Shown one piece after another: positions 17,775-26,984 of a stretch of DNA of 44,640 nucleotides; the stretch's first letter is position 1; each line of letters begins with the position of its first letter. This DNA is from an uncultured Candidatus Saccharibacteria bacterium (GTDB lineage Bacteria; Patescibacteriota; Minisyncoccia; Sungbacterales; HO2-52-23), in NCBI GenBank assembly GCA_964373875.1, contig CAYJWH010000002.1:1-44640 (forward strand). Reading direction: 5' to 3'. Below the pieces are notes generated by a model, which was not told the origin of the DNA, did not search any database, and worked only from the letters and a program-made list of their open reading frames with translations. A program made the position numbers and the translations under genes.

Positions 17775-19130
17775 TTACTTTTCGGCAAGAAGTGTTTTTA
17801 TTTCTTGTAGTTTTTGTTCAAAAAGCTCTTTGGTTTTTGCCTCAAGAACCAAACGGACTACCGGTTCCGTATTCGAGGGGCGGATATTAAACCACCAGTC
17901 CGGAAACTCTACCATGACGCCGTCTAGATTTGAGCGCGTGCCTTCCTTAAAGTGTCTTTCTAGTTTTTGCAACATTGCCGTTGGATCGTTCGTGTGAAAA
18001 TTTACTTCGCCGGTTGTGTAGTAATTCGAAAAAGATCTCACAATCTGTGAAAGCGGCTGGCGGGCTTCAGAAAGCAGATGAGCGAGTTTTAAAAAAGCAA
18101 GCAGCCCTGAATCGTTGTATTTAAATTCTTTAAAGAAAAAGTGTCCGGATTTTTCGACACTGAAAGGAGAATGCTCTTTTTCCATCACTGCCTTAACGAA
18201 AGCATACCCCCTCCGCGTTGGCGCGACTTTCCAACCATGATTCGTAATGTGTTCGCGAACGCTTTTCGTAGTGTCCAAAGGCAGGGCATAAACTCCTTTT
18301 TCTGCTCCTTGCAATGAATCCCGGGCAAAGAGAAGGAAAATAAACTCCGGATTTACTGCCTGGCCTTGTTCATCAAGAAAGAGAACCCTGTCCCCATCAC
18401 CGTCAAAAATCACGCCAAAATTGTACCCGCCCTTCGCGAGTTCTTTTTTCACTGCCTCCTGAGTTTCTGGCAAGAGCGGGTTTGGGTGCCTGGCGTGGAA
18501 TTTCGCATCGGGAGTGAAATAGAACGGCGCGTATTCCACTTGCGGGAAATGCTTTAGGAGGCGGTCAAGATACAGCGTCGTAGATCCGCCCACGGCATCA
18601 ATCGCGATTTTCAATTTTCCCGCAGCGGCTGAATTTGCAAGAAAGGAAATATAGTTTTCCGAAAGATCATTAGCGGGAAGCATTTCTCCCTCCTTGGCCG
18701 CTTGAGGAATACCACCGGAGGCTATTGCCTGAATATCTTTCAAGCCGTTTTCTATATAAATAGCCTCCCCACCCGGACCGCGAAGCTTTATGCCATTATG
18801 TTCTGCCGGATTGTGCGACGCGGTAATCATCGCCCCCCCATCCGCGGGAATATTTTGCAAAACAAAATATAGAAAGGGCGTAGATGCCTTGCAAATGTCG
18901 TATACATTTCCACCTTGTTTCAAAACACCTTTGATAAAAGCCTCCGAAAGAGACGGCGAAGACTCGCGCAGATCATGCGCAACCGCGATTGCCGGGCTGT
19001 CTTTCCCGGTTTTTCTGCCTAAATAGACAACAAAAGCCTGACCGATTTTTTCCGCGGCTTCCTCGTTGATCTCGCTTGGATAAATCCCCCGAATATCGTA
19101 TGCTTTGAAAATACTTTGGTTTATGTCCAT
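17775..19130 (-). CDS. Phosphoglucomutase/phosphomannomutase family protein
   Basis: IFKAYDIRG, the active-site loop TASHNPAEHNGIK, and the Mg loop FDGDGDR. I prefer the start at MDINQS (19130); the track ORF extends to 19172. Confidence 0.92.
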   Translation of the reverse strand: MDINQSIFKAYDIRGIYPSEINEEAAEKIGQAFVVYLGRKTGKDSPAIAVAHDLRESSPSLSEAFIKGVLKQGGNVYDICKASTPFLYFVLQNIPADGGAMITASHNPAEHNGIKLRGPGGEAIYIENGLKDIQAIASGGIPQAAKEGEMLPANDLSENYISFLANSAAAGKLKIAIDAVGGSTTLYLDRLLKHFPQVEYAPFYFTPDAKFHARHPNPLLPETQEAVKKELAKGGYNFGVIFDGDGDRVLFLDEQGQAVNPEFIFLLFARDSLQGAEKGVYALPLDTTKSVREHITNHGWKVAPTRRGYAFVKAVMEKEHSPFSVEKSGHFFFKEFKYNDSGLLAFLKLAHLLSEARQPLSQIVRSFSNYYTTGEVNFHTNDPTAMLQKLERHFKEGTRSNLDGVMVEFPDWWFNIRPSNTEPVVRLVLEAKTKELFEQKLQEIKTLLAEK

Positions 19131-19384
19131 ATAGATAGGTAAATTATACGCTAAGAGCTTGAAAATAGGCATAGCCAGAGCACAACCCGATATTTATGTA
19201 ACAAAGATGAAGCGAAACTTGTCCCCTTCTCTTTTGAGATAAAACTTCCCCCGCCGCTCAAAAGAGGTGTTGACTACGGATTTAGGCCGAAAGTTAGCCT
19301 ACCCGGCTAATTTTCTCATAATAGCTTATCCGTAGATTCCCAAAATAAAATACCCCATTGAGGAGCATGTTCCAAAACCTACTT

Positions 19385-19618
19385 TTAGCGCAATAAATCT
19401 AACAACTGCTGCCTTTCGAAATCTTTGTCTAACAAAAAGGAGGCGATGCTGTCCACTATTTCTCGTTTTATTTCCGCGTGTCGCGGGATAGTTGTCTTTT
19501 TTCCGTTGGGAATGCATTTGGCAAGGTCATGCTTTGCTCCGCTTTCAAGAGAAAGCCCTAATTTCTTTAGGGCTTTCACGAGCTTCTTTCTTTTGCAGGG
19601 GAAGTAAAAATCGCTCAT
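19385..19618 (-). CDS. hicA: HicA-like mRNA interferase toxin
   Basis: 77 aa. K.LVKALKKLG......GAKHDL.......K.T.IPRH.EIK..IV.SI matches the HicA/YcfA pattern, including the conserved His. Confidence 0.75.
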   Translation of the reverse strand: MSDFYFPCKRKKLVKALKKLGLSLESGAKHDLAKCIPNGKKTTIPRHAEIKREIVDSIASFLLDKDFERQQLLDLLR

Positions 19619-19953
19619 TATGTCCGTTGCAATACGAATTTATCGTTGAGGTATTTGTCGGGTATTTTCATGTTGAGTTGTTTTCGTACGTCCTCCGGAG
19701 GGAAAAACGTAGGCATATACGGCTGATAGTGGCGCGGGATTTCCAAATATGTATAGACAGAATCATTAACCATCTCAAAAAGTTCTTCGCCGTTTTCCCC
19801 TTGAGTCATACAGCCGGGCAAGTTATTAACATGGGCGACATATCCCCCGTCTTTTGAAGACTGTATTGATACTTCAATTTTGTCCGGGCAACGCCATTTA
19901 TAGGCAACCAATATTTCCGGTATAATCTCGTTTTTTTGAAAGAAGTTAAACAT
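19618..19953 (-). CDS. hicB: HicB-like antitoxin (N-terminal HicB fold only)
   Basis: 111 aa. DGGYVAHVNNLPGCMTQGENGEELFEMVNDSVYTYLE resembles the HicB/UPF0150 core. Its stop overlaps the hicA ATG by 1 nt (TAATG). Confidence 0.7.
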   Translation of the reverse strand: MFNFFQKNEIIPEILVAYKWRCPDKIEVSIQSSKDGGYVAHVNNLPGCMTQGENGEELFEMVNDSVYTYLEIPRHYQPYMPTFFPPEDVRKQLNMKIPDKYLNDKFVLQRT

Positions 19954-19963
19954 AGTTTGTACT

Positions 19964-19992
19964 ATAATATCAATAAATTACTATGTTGTCAA
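19964..19992 (-). promoter_or_regulatory. Near-consensus sigma-70 promoter of hicBA
   Basis: On the minus strand: TTGACA (19992-19987), 17-nt spacer, TATTAT (19969-19964), then 10 nt to the ATG. Confidence 0.6.
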
Positions 19993-20142
19993 TAAACATT
20001 GATTTTACAAAAATAGCTTGAATTTACTATACCATAATCGCCCGATAAACACTACATGACGGGTAAGGTGATCCGGATACCTTCTCCGAGATGTCGGAAG
20101 AGTTGAAAAAGTGGCTGAAATTTGCTATTTTTAAAAATAATT

Positions 20143-21291
20143 ATGTCATCACTTAAAATCGGTATCGTCGGGCTTCCAAACGTTGGCAAATCGACTCTTT
20201 TTAAAGCGCTTACCAAACAGCAGGTGGATATTGCCAACTATCCTTTTGCAACCATTGAGCCCAACATCGGCATCGTTGCCGTACCCGATAAACGGCTCAA
20301 CGAACTGGCGCTGTTCGGCCGTTCAAAAAAAGTAATTCCCGCCACCGTTGAATTCGTGGACATCGCGGGTCTGGTAAAAGGTGCGGCCGAAGGCGAAGGT
20401 CTTGGCAATAAATTTTTGACGCACATCAAGGAAGTGGACGCCATTGCCGAAATGGTTCGGGTGTTTGAAGATCCGGATATCATACACGTCTCCGGCGCCC
20501 CGGATCCCCTCTCGGACATTGAGGTCTTGGAATATGAATTAATCCTGAAAGATTTAGAAACGATAAATAAACGTCTGGAGACTTTGCAAAAAGAAGTGCG
20601 GGCGGGAAAGAGGGGAGCGGCGGAAGAACTCACTCATCTGCAAAAAGTCGCCGAGGAACTCAAAACCGGCCGCCTCCCCTATTCTAATGTTCTTGAGAAC
20701 ATTAGAATAGGGAATGAGCTACAGCTGCTGACCGCAAAACCCATTATTTATGTTTTTAATTCCTCGGAAGATCAGATTCAAAAAGGTTGGCAGTCCCGAT
20801 TCGCAGAAGCAAATCGGGGATCCGCGACTTCTTTACCTGAAACTAAAAACGAAGCGTCGGGACCGGATCAAAAACTAAAAGAAAAAATTGGTTTAGCTCC
20901 GTATGTCGTCATTTCGGCAAAAATTGAAGCCGAACTCGCGGAATTGCCGGACGAGGAAAAGAAAGAATATTTGAAGTCTTTTGGCGCCGAGGCGAGTGGT
21001 TTGGATCAGCTTATTCGGGTCGGATACGACACACTCGGACTGATCACTTTCTTTACCACCGGAGAAGACGAAACTCGCGCCTGGACCATTCCCAAAAGTT
21101 CTTCAGCTCCGCGAGCCGGCCGCGCCATTCATTCTGATTTTGAAGAGAAATTTATCCGCGCGGAAGTAATCAATTGGCAGAAATTATTGGAAGCTGGATC
21201 CTGGGCATCAGCGCGCGAAAAGGGACTGCTACGCATCGAGGGCAAAGAGTATATCATCCAGGATGGCGATGTGATTGAGTTTAGAATTTAA
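20143..21291 (+). CDS. ychF: Ribosome-binding ATPase YchF
   Basis: GIVGLPNVGKSTLF, VEFVDIAGLVKGA.EGEGLGN.FL, and a C-terminal TGS-like end. I prefer the ATG at 20143. Confidence 0.95.
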   Translation: MSSLKIGIVGLPNVGKSTLFKALTKQQVDIANYPFATIEPNIGIVAVPDKRLNELALFGRSKKVIPATVEFVDIAGLVKGAAEGEGLGNKFLTHIKEVDAIAEMVRVFEDPDIIHVSGAPDPLSDIEVLEYELILKDLETINKRLETLQKEVRAGKRGAAEELTHLQKVAEELKTGRLPYSNVLENIRIGNELQLLTAKPIIYVFNSSEDQIQKGWQSRFAEANRGSATSLPETKNEASGPDQKLKEKIGLAPYVVISAKIEAELAELPDEEKKEYLKSFGAEASGLDQLIRVGYDTLGLITFFTTGEDETRAWTIPKSSSAPRAGRAIHSDFEEKFIRAEVINWQKLLEAGSWASAREKGLLRIEGKEYIIQDGDVIEFRI

Positions 21292-21331
21292 GTTGACTGC
21301 AAATTGTTTTTATTATATCATCTATCAGTAT

Positions 21332-21775
21332 ATGGCCGACCAGAAAAAATACGAACTTGCCTACCTTATTTCCCCCACTGTTGCCGAAAACGAGGTTTTA
21401 GGCGTGTCCGGAAAGCTTGCCAAAAGTATTGAAGAAGGAGGAGGCCTAGTGCGCCACCAAGAAACGCCGACCAAGCGCCGGCTTGCATATCTTATTAAAA
21501 AGCAGCAAAACGCGTACTTTGGCTGGATTACTTTTAGCGCTTCGTCGGAGAATATTGGCACGGTAGAAAAAAAAATAAAAGGAGCAGAAAATTTACTCCG
21601 ACACCTGATTGTCGAAGAACAGGAAATTCCGCCACAGCCAGTTCGGCTATATACTCCCCGATCAGTACCTACAGATACCAGGCAAAGGCCTGCTCCAACC
21701 GAAGCAGAAAACCCTGAGGAAAAACTAGACCTTGAAGAACTTGATAAGAAGCTTGAGGAAATTTTGGGGAAATGA
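21332..21775 (+). CDS. rpsF: 30S ribosomal protein S6 with an acidic C-terminal extension
   Basis: YEL.YLISP start, in rpsF-ssb-rpsR order. I prefer the ATG at 21332. Confidence 0.85.
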   Translation: MADQKKYELAYLISPTVAENEVLGVSGKLAKSIEEGGGLVRHQETPTKRRLAYLIKKQQNAYFGWITFSASSENIGTVEKKIKGAENLLRHLIVEEQEIPPQPVRLYTPRSVPTDTRQRPAPTEAENPEEKLDLEELDKKLEEILGK

Positions 21776-21923
21776 TAAAGTAAGGGTATGAATCCCACAC
21801 ATAACTTGTATTGGCGCAAAGCGCCTAGCGTGGGATTAGTAAGAGTAACTAAAGAATAAATAACTTGTAGAGATGTGCCGCAACTTGAAATAACTGCGGT
21901 ATGAAGTACAAGTTATGTGTGGG

Positions 21924-22403
21924 ATGAATTTAAACAAAATATTCATACTTGGCAATCTAACTCGCGATCCTGAACTCCGACAAACTCCGACGGGGCAGGC
22001 GGTATGCTCTTTTGGAGTAGCCACAAATCGTTTTTATACGGATTCATCCGGACAGAAGCAAAAACAGTCTGAATTTCATAATATAGTTTCCTGGGGACGG
22101 CAAGCGGAAATAGTAAACCAGTACCTGAAAAAAGGAAGTTCGGTGCTTGTGGAAGGACGTTTACAAACCAGAAACTGGCTTGACCCGCAGGGGGTTAAAC
22201 ATTGGAAGACAGAAATTATTGCCGAGAGGGTCCAGCTTCCTCCAAGAAATATGGGTGGTGGAAGTAGTAGTGGAGGAGGAAGAGATGAGGGCGTTCAAAA
22301 CGCGCCAAATGATGATGTCCAAACCAGTCAAGATTCCCCTACTCCGATTATTGAATTATCAGAAGAAGGTGAAGAAATAAACGTTAAGGATATACCCTTT
22401 TGA
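21924..22403 (+). CDS. ssb: Single-stranded DNA-binding protein
   Basis: MNLNKIFILGNLTRDPELR.T..G, an OB fold, a Gly-rich linker, and the acidic tip ending DIPF. Confidence 0.95.
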   Translation: MNLNKIFILGNLTRDPELRQTPTGQAVCSFGVATNRFYTDSSGQKQKQSEFHNIVSWGRQAEIVNQYLKKGSSVLVEGRLQTRNWLDPQGVKHWKTEIIAERVQLPPRNMGGGSSSGGGRDEGVQNAPNDDVQTSQDSPTPIIELSEEGEEINVKDIPF

Positions 22404-22453
22404 AATCTCTAAATCCTAATTTCTAAACAAATCCTTAAATTACAAATCTTAAA

Positions 22454-22672
22454 ATGCGAAATACAGAACAAGCTAAACAATGTTTCTTCTGCACGATGAA
22501 TCGAGACGTAGCTGACCACAAAGACGCGGAACTCCTGCGTCGTTTTATGAGTGTCCAGGCCAAAATTTACCCTCGAAGAAAATCAGGCCTTTGCGCCCGC
22601 CATCAGCGGAAAGTCGCCGAGGCCATAAAACGCGCGCGCTACCTAGCTTTAATACCTTATACAACCCGTTAA
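22454..22672 (+). CDS. rpsR: 30S ribosomal protein S18
   Basis: 72 aa with the pattern LL.RF.S...KI..RR.SGLCA.HQR.V..AIKRAR.LAL.PY. Confidence 0.93.
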   Translation: MRNTEQAKQCFFCTMNRDVADHKDAELLRRFMSVQAKIYPRRKSGLCARHQRKVAEAIKRARYLALIPYTTR

Positions 22673-22676
22673 TCTT

Positions 22677-22717
22677 CTTTCCTCACTTATTTGCTATAGC
22701 AGATAAGTGAGGGAAAG
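22677..22717 (+). terminator. Hairpin 3' of rpsR; GCTATAGC-apex family copy 5
   Basis: CTTTCCTCACTTAT-TTGCTATAGCAG-ATAAGTGAGGGAAAG, with one bulged base. Confidence 0.6.
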
Positions 22718-22727
22718 TGAAAAATCA

Positions 22728-22755
22728 CAAACACGACAAGTGACTGTCGTGTTTG
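22728..22755 (+). terminator. Second hairpin after rpsR
   Basis: CAAACACGACA-AGTGAC-TGTCGTGTTTG, followed by ACTTTT. Confidence 0.5.
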
Positions 22756-22807
22756 ACTTTTAATATACATATGTTACGCTAGTATAAGTAAAAGAGGAGA
22801 AGCGACC

Positions 22808-23083
22808 ATGGTAATGGTAGGTGAATTCGTAAAGCGCATACCCGACACGGAAAATTTTCTTCATTTCGGCTGAAGAGAGGGTTCATTTGGGCAGATTGCC
22901 CAAATTGGAAAGGTCCAAGAGAAAAAGCAATGGTATTACATTCGTCTTTACTGCGACTGCATGGTTAAGACGAGATTAATGAGTATGCCTGACAATCGTG
23001 AAGTTTGGTGGAGAGGGAACGAAATTATCTTTCTTTCAAATGAAGAGGCACGCTCGCTTATGGAGCAACACGTCTGCGGCTAA
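22808..23083 (+). pseudogene. SD-preceded ORF interrupted by an in-frame TGA (21 codons, TGA, 69 codons, TAA)
   Basis: AGAGGAG lies 8 nt upstream of the ATG at 22808. TGA is at 22871-22873, and the same frame stays open to the TAA at 23081-23083. Translation: MVMVGEFVKRIPDTENFLHFG*REGSFGQIAQIGKVQEKKQWYYIRLYCDCMVKTRLMSMPDNREVWWRGNEIIFLSNEEARSLMEQHVCG*. Confidence 0.4.
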
Positions 23084-23095
23084 ACGCGGGCGATT

Positions 23096-24112
23096 TTAAT
23101 TTCCGTTTTCTTTAATCTTTTCTTTTATTTTTTTCATGATGTCGTCGCGGACTTTGGGATTTTCTTTTAGGTATTGTTTGGCATTATCAAATCCCACTCC
23201 AAGCCGAATTGAGTCGTAAGTTAAACTGGCACCGGCTTTTTTTATCAACTCATATTTTATCCCGTTGTTCAGCACATCCGCCTCATAAGAAATGCCTTCA
23301 TTGTAAAAAATATCGAATTCCGCGATTTTAAACGGAGCGGCAACCTTATTTTTTACAATTTTGGCTTTGGTGCGATTGCCGATGATTTCGTCCCCCTTCT
23401 TTATTTGAGCGAGACGACGAATGTCTATCCGGACAGAAGAATAGAATTTTAATGCTTTTCCTCCGGGAGTAGTTTCTGGATTGCCCCACATGATTCCGAT
23501 CTGCATTCGAATTTGGTTTATAAAAATAACCACAGTTTTGGATTTGGCGACGATGGCCGTCAATTTGCGAAGCGCGTGCGACATCAGCCGCGCCTGCAAT
23601 CCCATATGCTGTTGTCCCATATCCCCTTCTATTTCCGCTTTGGGAACCAATGCCGCTACGGAGTCAATGACAATAACATCCACCGCGTTTGATCGTACTA
23701 GGGATTCCACGATCTCCAGCGCCTGCTCTCCGGTATCCGGCTGAGAAATAAGAAGATCATTAATTTTTACGCCTATTTTTTTCGCGTATTCGGGATCAAG
23801 GGCGTGCTCGGCATCCACAAATGCGCACATTCCTCCTTTTTTTTGCGCTTCCCGGACGATATGCAGGGCCAAAGTAGTTTTCCCGCTTGATTCGGGACCA
23901 AATATTTCGATGATGCGTCCGCGCGGCACTCCACCTACTCCTAAGGCGATGTCTAGTGAAAAAGCTCCAGTTGGAATCACGTCCACATCAACCCTGCGGG
24001 CCTCTCCGAGCATCATTATTGCCCCTTCGCCATATTTATCCTGAATCTCTTTTACGGTTGACTCCAGGAGTTTTGATTTATCTAGTTTTTCTCCAACCTT
24101 ATCTCCTTTCAT
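23096..24112 (-). CDS. recA: Recombinase RecA
   Basis: 338 aa with Walker [10 protein letters not shown], then FVDAEHALD and VIDSVAAL. Its size is normal, so there is no intein. Confidence 0.98.
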   Translation of the reverse strand: MKGDKVGEKLDKSKLLESTVKEIQDKYGEGAIMMLGEARRVDVDVIPTGAFSLDIALGVGGVPRGRIIEIFGPESSGKTTLALHIVREAQKKGGMCAFVDAEHALDPEYAKKIGVKINDLLISQPDTGEQALEIVESLVRSNAVDVIVIDSVAALVPKAEIEGDMGQQHMGLQARLMSHALRKLTAIVAKSKTVVIFINQIRMQIGIMWGNPETTPGGKALKFYSSVRIDIRRLAQIKKGDEIIGNRTKAKIVKNKVAAPFKIAEFDIFYNEGISYEADVLNNGIKYELIKKAGASLTYDSIRLGVGFDNAKQYLKENPKVRDDIMKKIKEKIKENGN

Positions 24113-24157
24113 ATTTTTACTAATTACGAATCTTTACTAAGATACAAATTCGTAAGG

Positions 24158-24820
24158 TTATTTAACAATTATATTCCTTACCTCTCTTGTTATTTTTCCA
24201 AACCGATTTTGAACAATAAATTCGAGAGCATGCGCGCCTGACGCAAGTTCAATTTTTTCGTCAAAGCGTCCTTCGCCATCTATCTTAAGTTCTCGCCCGT
24301 TTACTGTCAAACTGCTTTCTTTTTCTGCCCTGCCCCGGACCGAAATTACTGGTTCCGTAAGTTCAACACCATTCTTTGGTTCGTCCAAAGTAAAATTTGG
24401 AGTACTGACAAACTTTATCAGTCGAAAACCAAAGAAAAAAAGAAAAGCCGCCAGGGCTATTCCGCCGACCCCTAAACCAAGCCGCATCGGAGTGACTAAG
24501 GCCTTCTCTCCCCTATTCTCCGGCAAGGGCAGGAGTTCTTTATTTTTTCTAAACATCCGCACGTCCCATTCGGTGCTGAATTCTTTCAGACATTGTTCCG
24601 CCTCTTCCATGGCTATCGCTTCCATTATTTTTTTCAAATATCCCAGCGCGTATACTTTGGCAGAAAAAACGCCATAATCGTCATTCTCCAATCCTTGGAC
24701 ATATCTTAGAGGCGCCTGCACTTCATTGGCTAAATCCTTTTCACTCAAATTCAAAGTCTCGCGTCTTTTCTTAAGTCGTTCTCCAAGAGATTCTCTTTCT
24801 TTGAGAGTCCGCAATGACAT
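24158..24820 (-). CDS. RodZ-like protein (XRE-type HTH + TM + C-terminal domain)
   Basis: 220 aa. The N-terminal HTH is LGERLKKRRETLNLSEKDLANEV...RYVQGLEND. There is a single TM (GLGVGGIALAAFLFFFGF) and a beta-rich C-terminus. Confidence 0.65.
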   Translation of the reverse strand: MSLRTLKERESLGERLKKRRETLNLSEKDLANEVQAPLRYVQGLENDDYGVFSAKVYALGYLKKIMEAIAMEEAEQCLKEFSTEWDVRMFRKNKELLPLPENRGEKALVTPMRLGLGVGGIALAAFLFFFGFRLIKFVSTPNFTLDEPKNGVELTEPVISVRGRAEKESSLTVNGRELKIDGEGRFDEKIELASGAHALEFIVQNRFGKITREVRNIIVK

Positions 24821-24821
24821 A

Positions 24822-26984
24822 CTATATCTCGTTTATTTCCGAAGATGCCATCTCGCTTTTCCCAAAAACTTCACGGGGTTTGGCGCCATCCGCGGGACCA
24901 ATTACGCCTTTTGCCTCCATTATATCAAGCAGGCGCGCCGCTCGCGCGTACCCCACTCGAAGCCGCCGCTGTAAATACGATGCTGAAACTTTGCCTGCTT
25001 GCAGGGCAAGTTCACGCGCGTCACCGTAAAGAGGATCATCATCCCCGGCAAAATCGCCGGAGTCTCCTTCTCTATCTTCCAGTTTTGTTTCAAGAATAGA
25101 CTCATCATATTCCGGAGTTGCCGCTTCTTCGCGTAAAAACCCGACTACTTTTTTCACCTCCTGTTCTGAAACAAAGCCGCCTTGAATTCGACGCGGCTTG
25201 GAAGTATCTCCCGCGAGAAATAGCATATCTCCATTGCCCAGCAGTTTCTCCGCGCCGGACATATCTAAAACCGTGCGCGAATCAATTTGCGAGGCAACTT
25301 GAAAAGCGATGCGAGAAGTTATATTGGCCTTGATAAGTCCGGTAATAACCTCCACTGACGGCCGCTGAGTGGCAACGACAAGGTGGATACCGATGGCTCT
25401 TGCCATTTGCGCGAGACGGATAATCGCCGCCTCCACTTCCCGCGGAAACGTGGCCATCAAATCAGCCAGCTCGTCAATAATTATCACGATATACGGCAAA
25501 GGCTCCTCCCCGGTTTTGGCCGCCCGTATATTAAAACCGACAACATCACGGACATGATGCTCGGAAAGCAATTCATACCGCCGATCCATTTCCTTGGTTG
25601 CCCAACGAAGGGCATGCACAGTTTTTTTGGGATCGGTAATCACCGGAGTCAGCAAGTGAGGAATATCATTATATACCGAAAGTTCGACGCGTTTGGGATC
25701 AACCACGATAAAACGCAAAATTTCCGGCGGATTGCGGAATAGAAAAGAAGTCATAAGGGTATGCACGCTTACGGATTTTCCCGAACCGGTCGCTCCGCTT
25801 ATAAGAAGGTGGGGCATGCGGGCAAGATCGGCAAATACCGGAGTTCCGGTTACGTCCCGGCCGAGAGCAAAAAGCAGAGGATTTGATGTCTCCTGAAAAA
25901 TTTTATTTTCAAGCAGAGCCCGAAGACCCACGAGAGCAATGGATTTGTTGGGAACTTCTATTCCCACTAGAGACTTTCCCGGGATTGGTGCTTCAATACG
26001 TATCGGATGAGCCGCAAGAGCAAGTGAAAGATCATTGTGCAAAGCCACAATGCGGGATAACTTTACGCCTTCTGCCGGTTTCAAAGTATATTGAGTAACC
26101 GTAGGACCAACTGATACCTCACTCATATCTACTTCGATGCCAAAATTTTCAAGAGTTCTTTTGATTATATTCGCGTTCGCTTTTATGTCTCCGGAGGAAG
26201 GAGTTCCGCGGTCCCCCTGCAAAAGATCAAACGGGGGGCGGCGATATTCAAACGCGGCGCTTGCCTTGCGATTTAATTTGCGCAAAGGCAATTCTTCCTC
26301 TTTTTCAGCGTTAGCGTTTTCCCGCATATGGTTCACTACCACGGGTTCGGCCGGAGTTTCCTCTTTTTTGCCCTCAATAACAGACTTTAGCGCCGTCCCA
26401 ATCTCCTCAAACACTTTTTTACTCGTAGGTTCCTCACTCTCTTCATCCTCAACTTCTTCTTCCTCGTTATCTTTCTTAAGCCAAATAGGTATATTGAGCA
26501 TTAAAAGAAGTGAGATTACAAAAAATCCGCCGGCAATTATAACACTTGCCCAAAAATCAAAAAGATTGATTAGCGATCCTCCACTAAGGCGTCCCATCAC
26601 ACCTCCTGCCGTTTCTCCAAAAAATATACGGAGGAGAGAGAGCGAGGATAACAAAAATAAGATTCCGCCAACAAGCGAAGTTATAAAAAATTTTCTTCTT
26701 TCGGAGAAGATAAGCGAAAATCCTATCAAAATAAAAGAAAGGGGCGCGAAAAAATATCCCGCTTTACCCAACAGATATTCTAGAATCCCGTAAGCGCTAT
26801 TGCCAATGCTCCCCGCTTTGCCGACGTAGCTTAGGGCCAGGAGGGCCGCGACCATAAAGAAAATTATGGCAAAAGCCATCTTTTTAGTCTCCGGATGCAG
26901 GTCCGAGTGCCAAGAAGATTTTTCTTCCTCATCTATTCGCCGTCTCGCGGAGTCTTCTTTTTTTCGCCGTTTTCGCTTGGACAT
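24822..26984 (-). CDS. ftsK: DNA translocase FtsK/SpoIIIE
   Basis: 720 aa with N-terminal TM helices, Walker A GATGSGKS, IVIIIDELADL, and a C-terminal gamma-like wHTH (SASYLQRRLRVGYARAARL.D.ME). Confidence 0.95.
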   Translation of the reverse strand: MSKRKRRKKEDSARRRIDEEEKSSWHSDLHPETKKMAFAIIFFMVAALLALSYVGKAGSIGNSAYGILEYLLGKAGYFFAPLSFILIGFSLIFSERRKFFITSLVGGILFLLSSLSLLRIFFGETAGGVMGRLSGGSLINLFDFWASVIIAGGFFVISLLLMLNIPIWLKKDNEEEEVEDEESEEPTSKKVFEEIGTALKSVIEGKKEETPAEPVVVNHMRENANAEKEEELPLRKLNRKASAAFEYRRPPFDLLQGDRGTPSSGDIKANANIIKRTLENFGIEVDMSEVSVGPTVTQYTLKPAEGVKLSRIVALHNDLSLALAAHPIRIEAPIPGKSLVGIEVPNKSIALVGLRALLENKIFQETSNPLLFALGRDVTGTPVFADLARMPHLLISGATGSGKSVSVHTLMTSFLFRNPPEILRFIVVDPKRVELSVYNDIPHLLTPVITDPKKTVHALRWATKEMDRRYELLSEHHVRDVVGFNIRAAKTGEEPLPYIVIIIDELADLMATFPREVEAAIIRLAQMARAIGIHLVVATQRPSVEVITGLIKANITSRIAFQVASQIDSRTVLDMSGAEKLLGNGDMLFLAGDTSKPRRIQGGFVSEQEVKKVVGFLREEAATPEYDESILETKLEDREGDSGDFAGDDDPLYGDARELALQAGKVSASYLQRRLRVGYARAARLLDIMEAKGVIGPADGAKPREVFGKSEMASSEINEI

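Noticed and set aside
22404-22453. AT-rich ssb-rpsR spacer (AAATCTCTAAATCCTAATTTCTAAACAAATCC...) as a repeat element
   Set aside because: It shows only low-complexity similarity to the rpoB-rpoC spacer, with no exact repeated unit or complementary partner. I treat it as an ordinary AT-rich intercistronic spacer.
22871-22873. Genome-wide TGA reassignment (code 4 or 25, as in some candidate phyla) as the explanation for the in-frame TGA
   Set aside because: Several well-supported genes in the window terminate at TGA at the expected protein length (hrcA, ssb, rpsF, atpG). TGA is therefore a stop in this genome.
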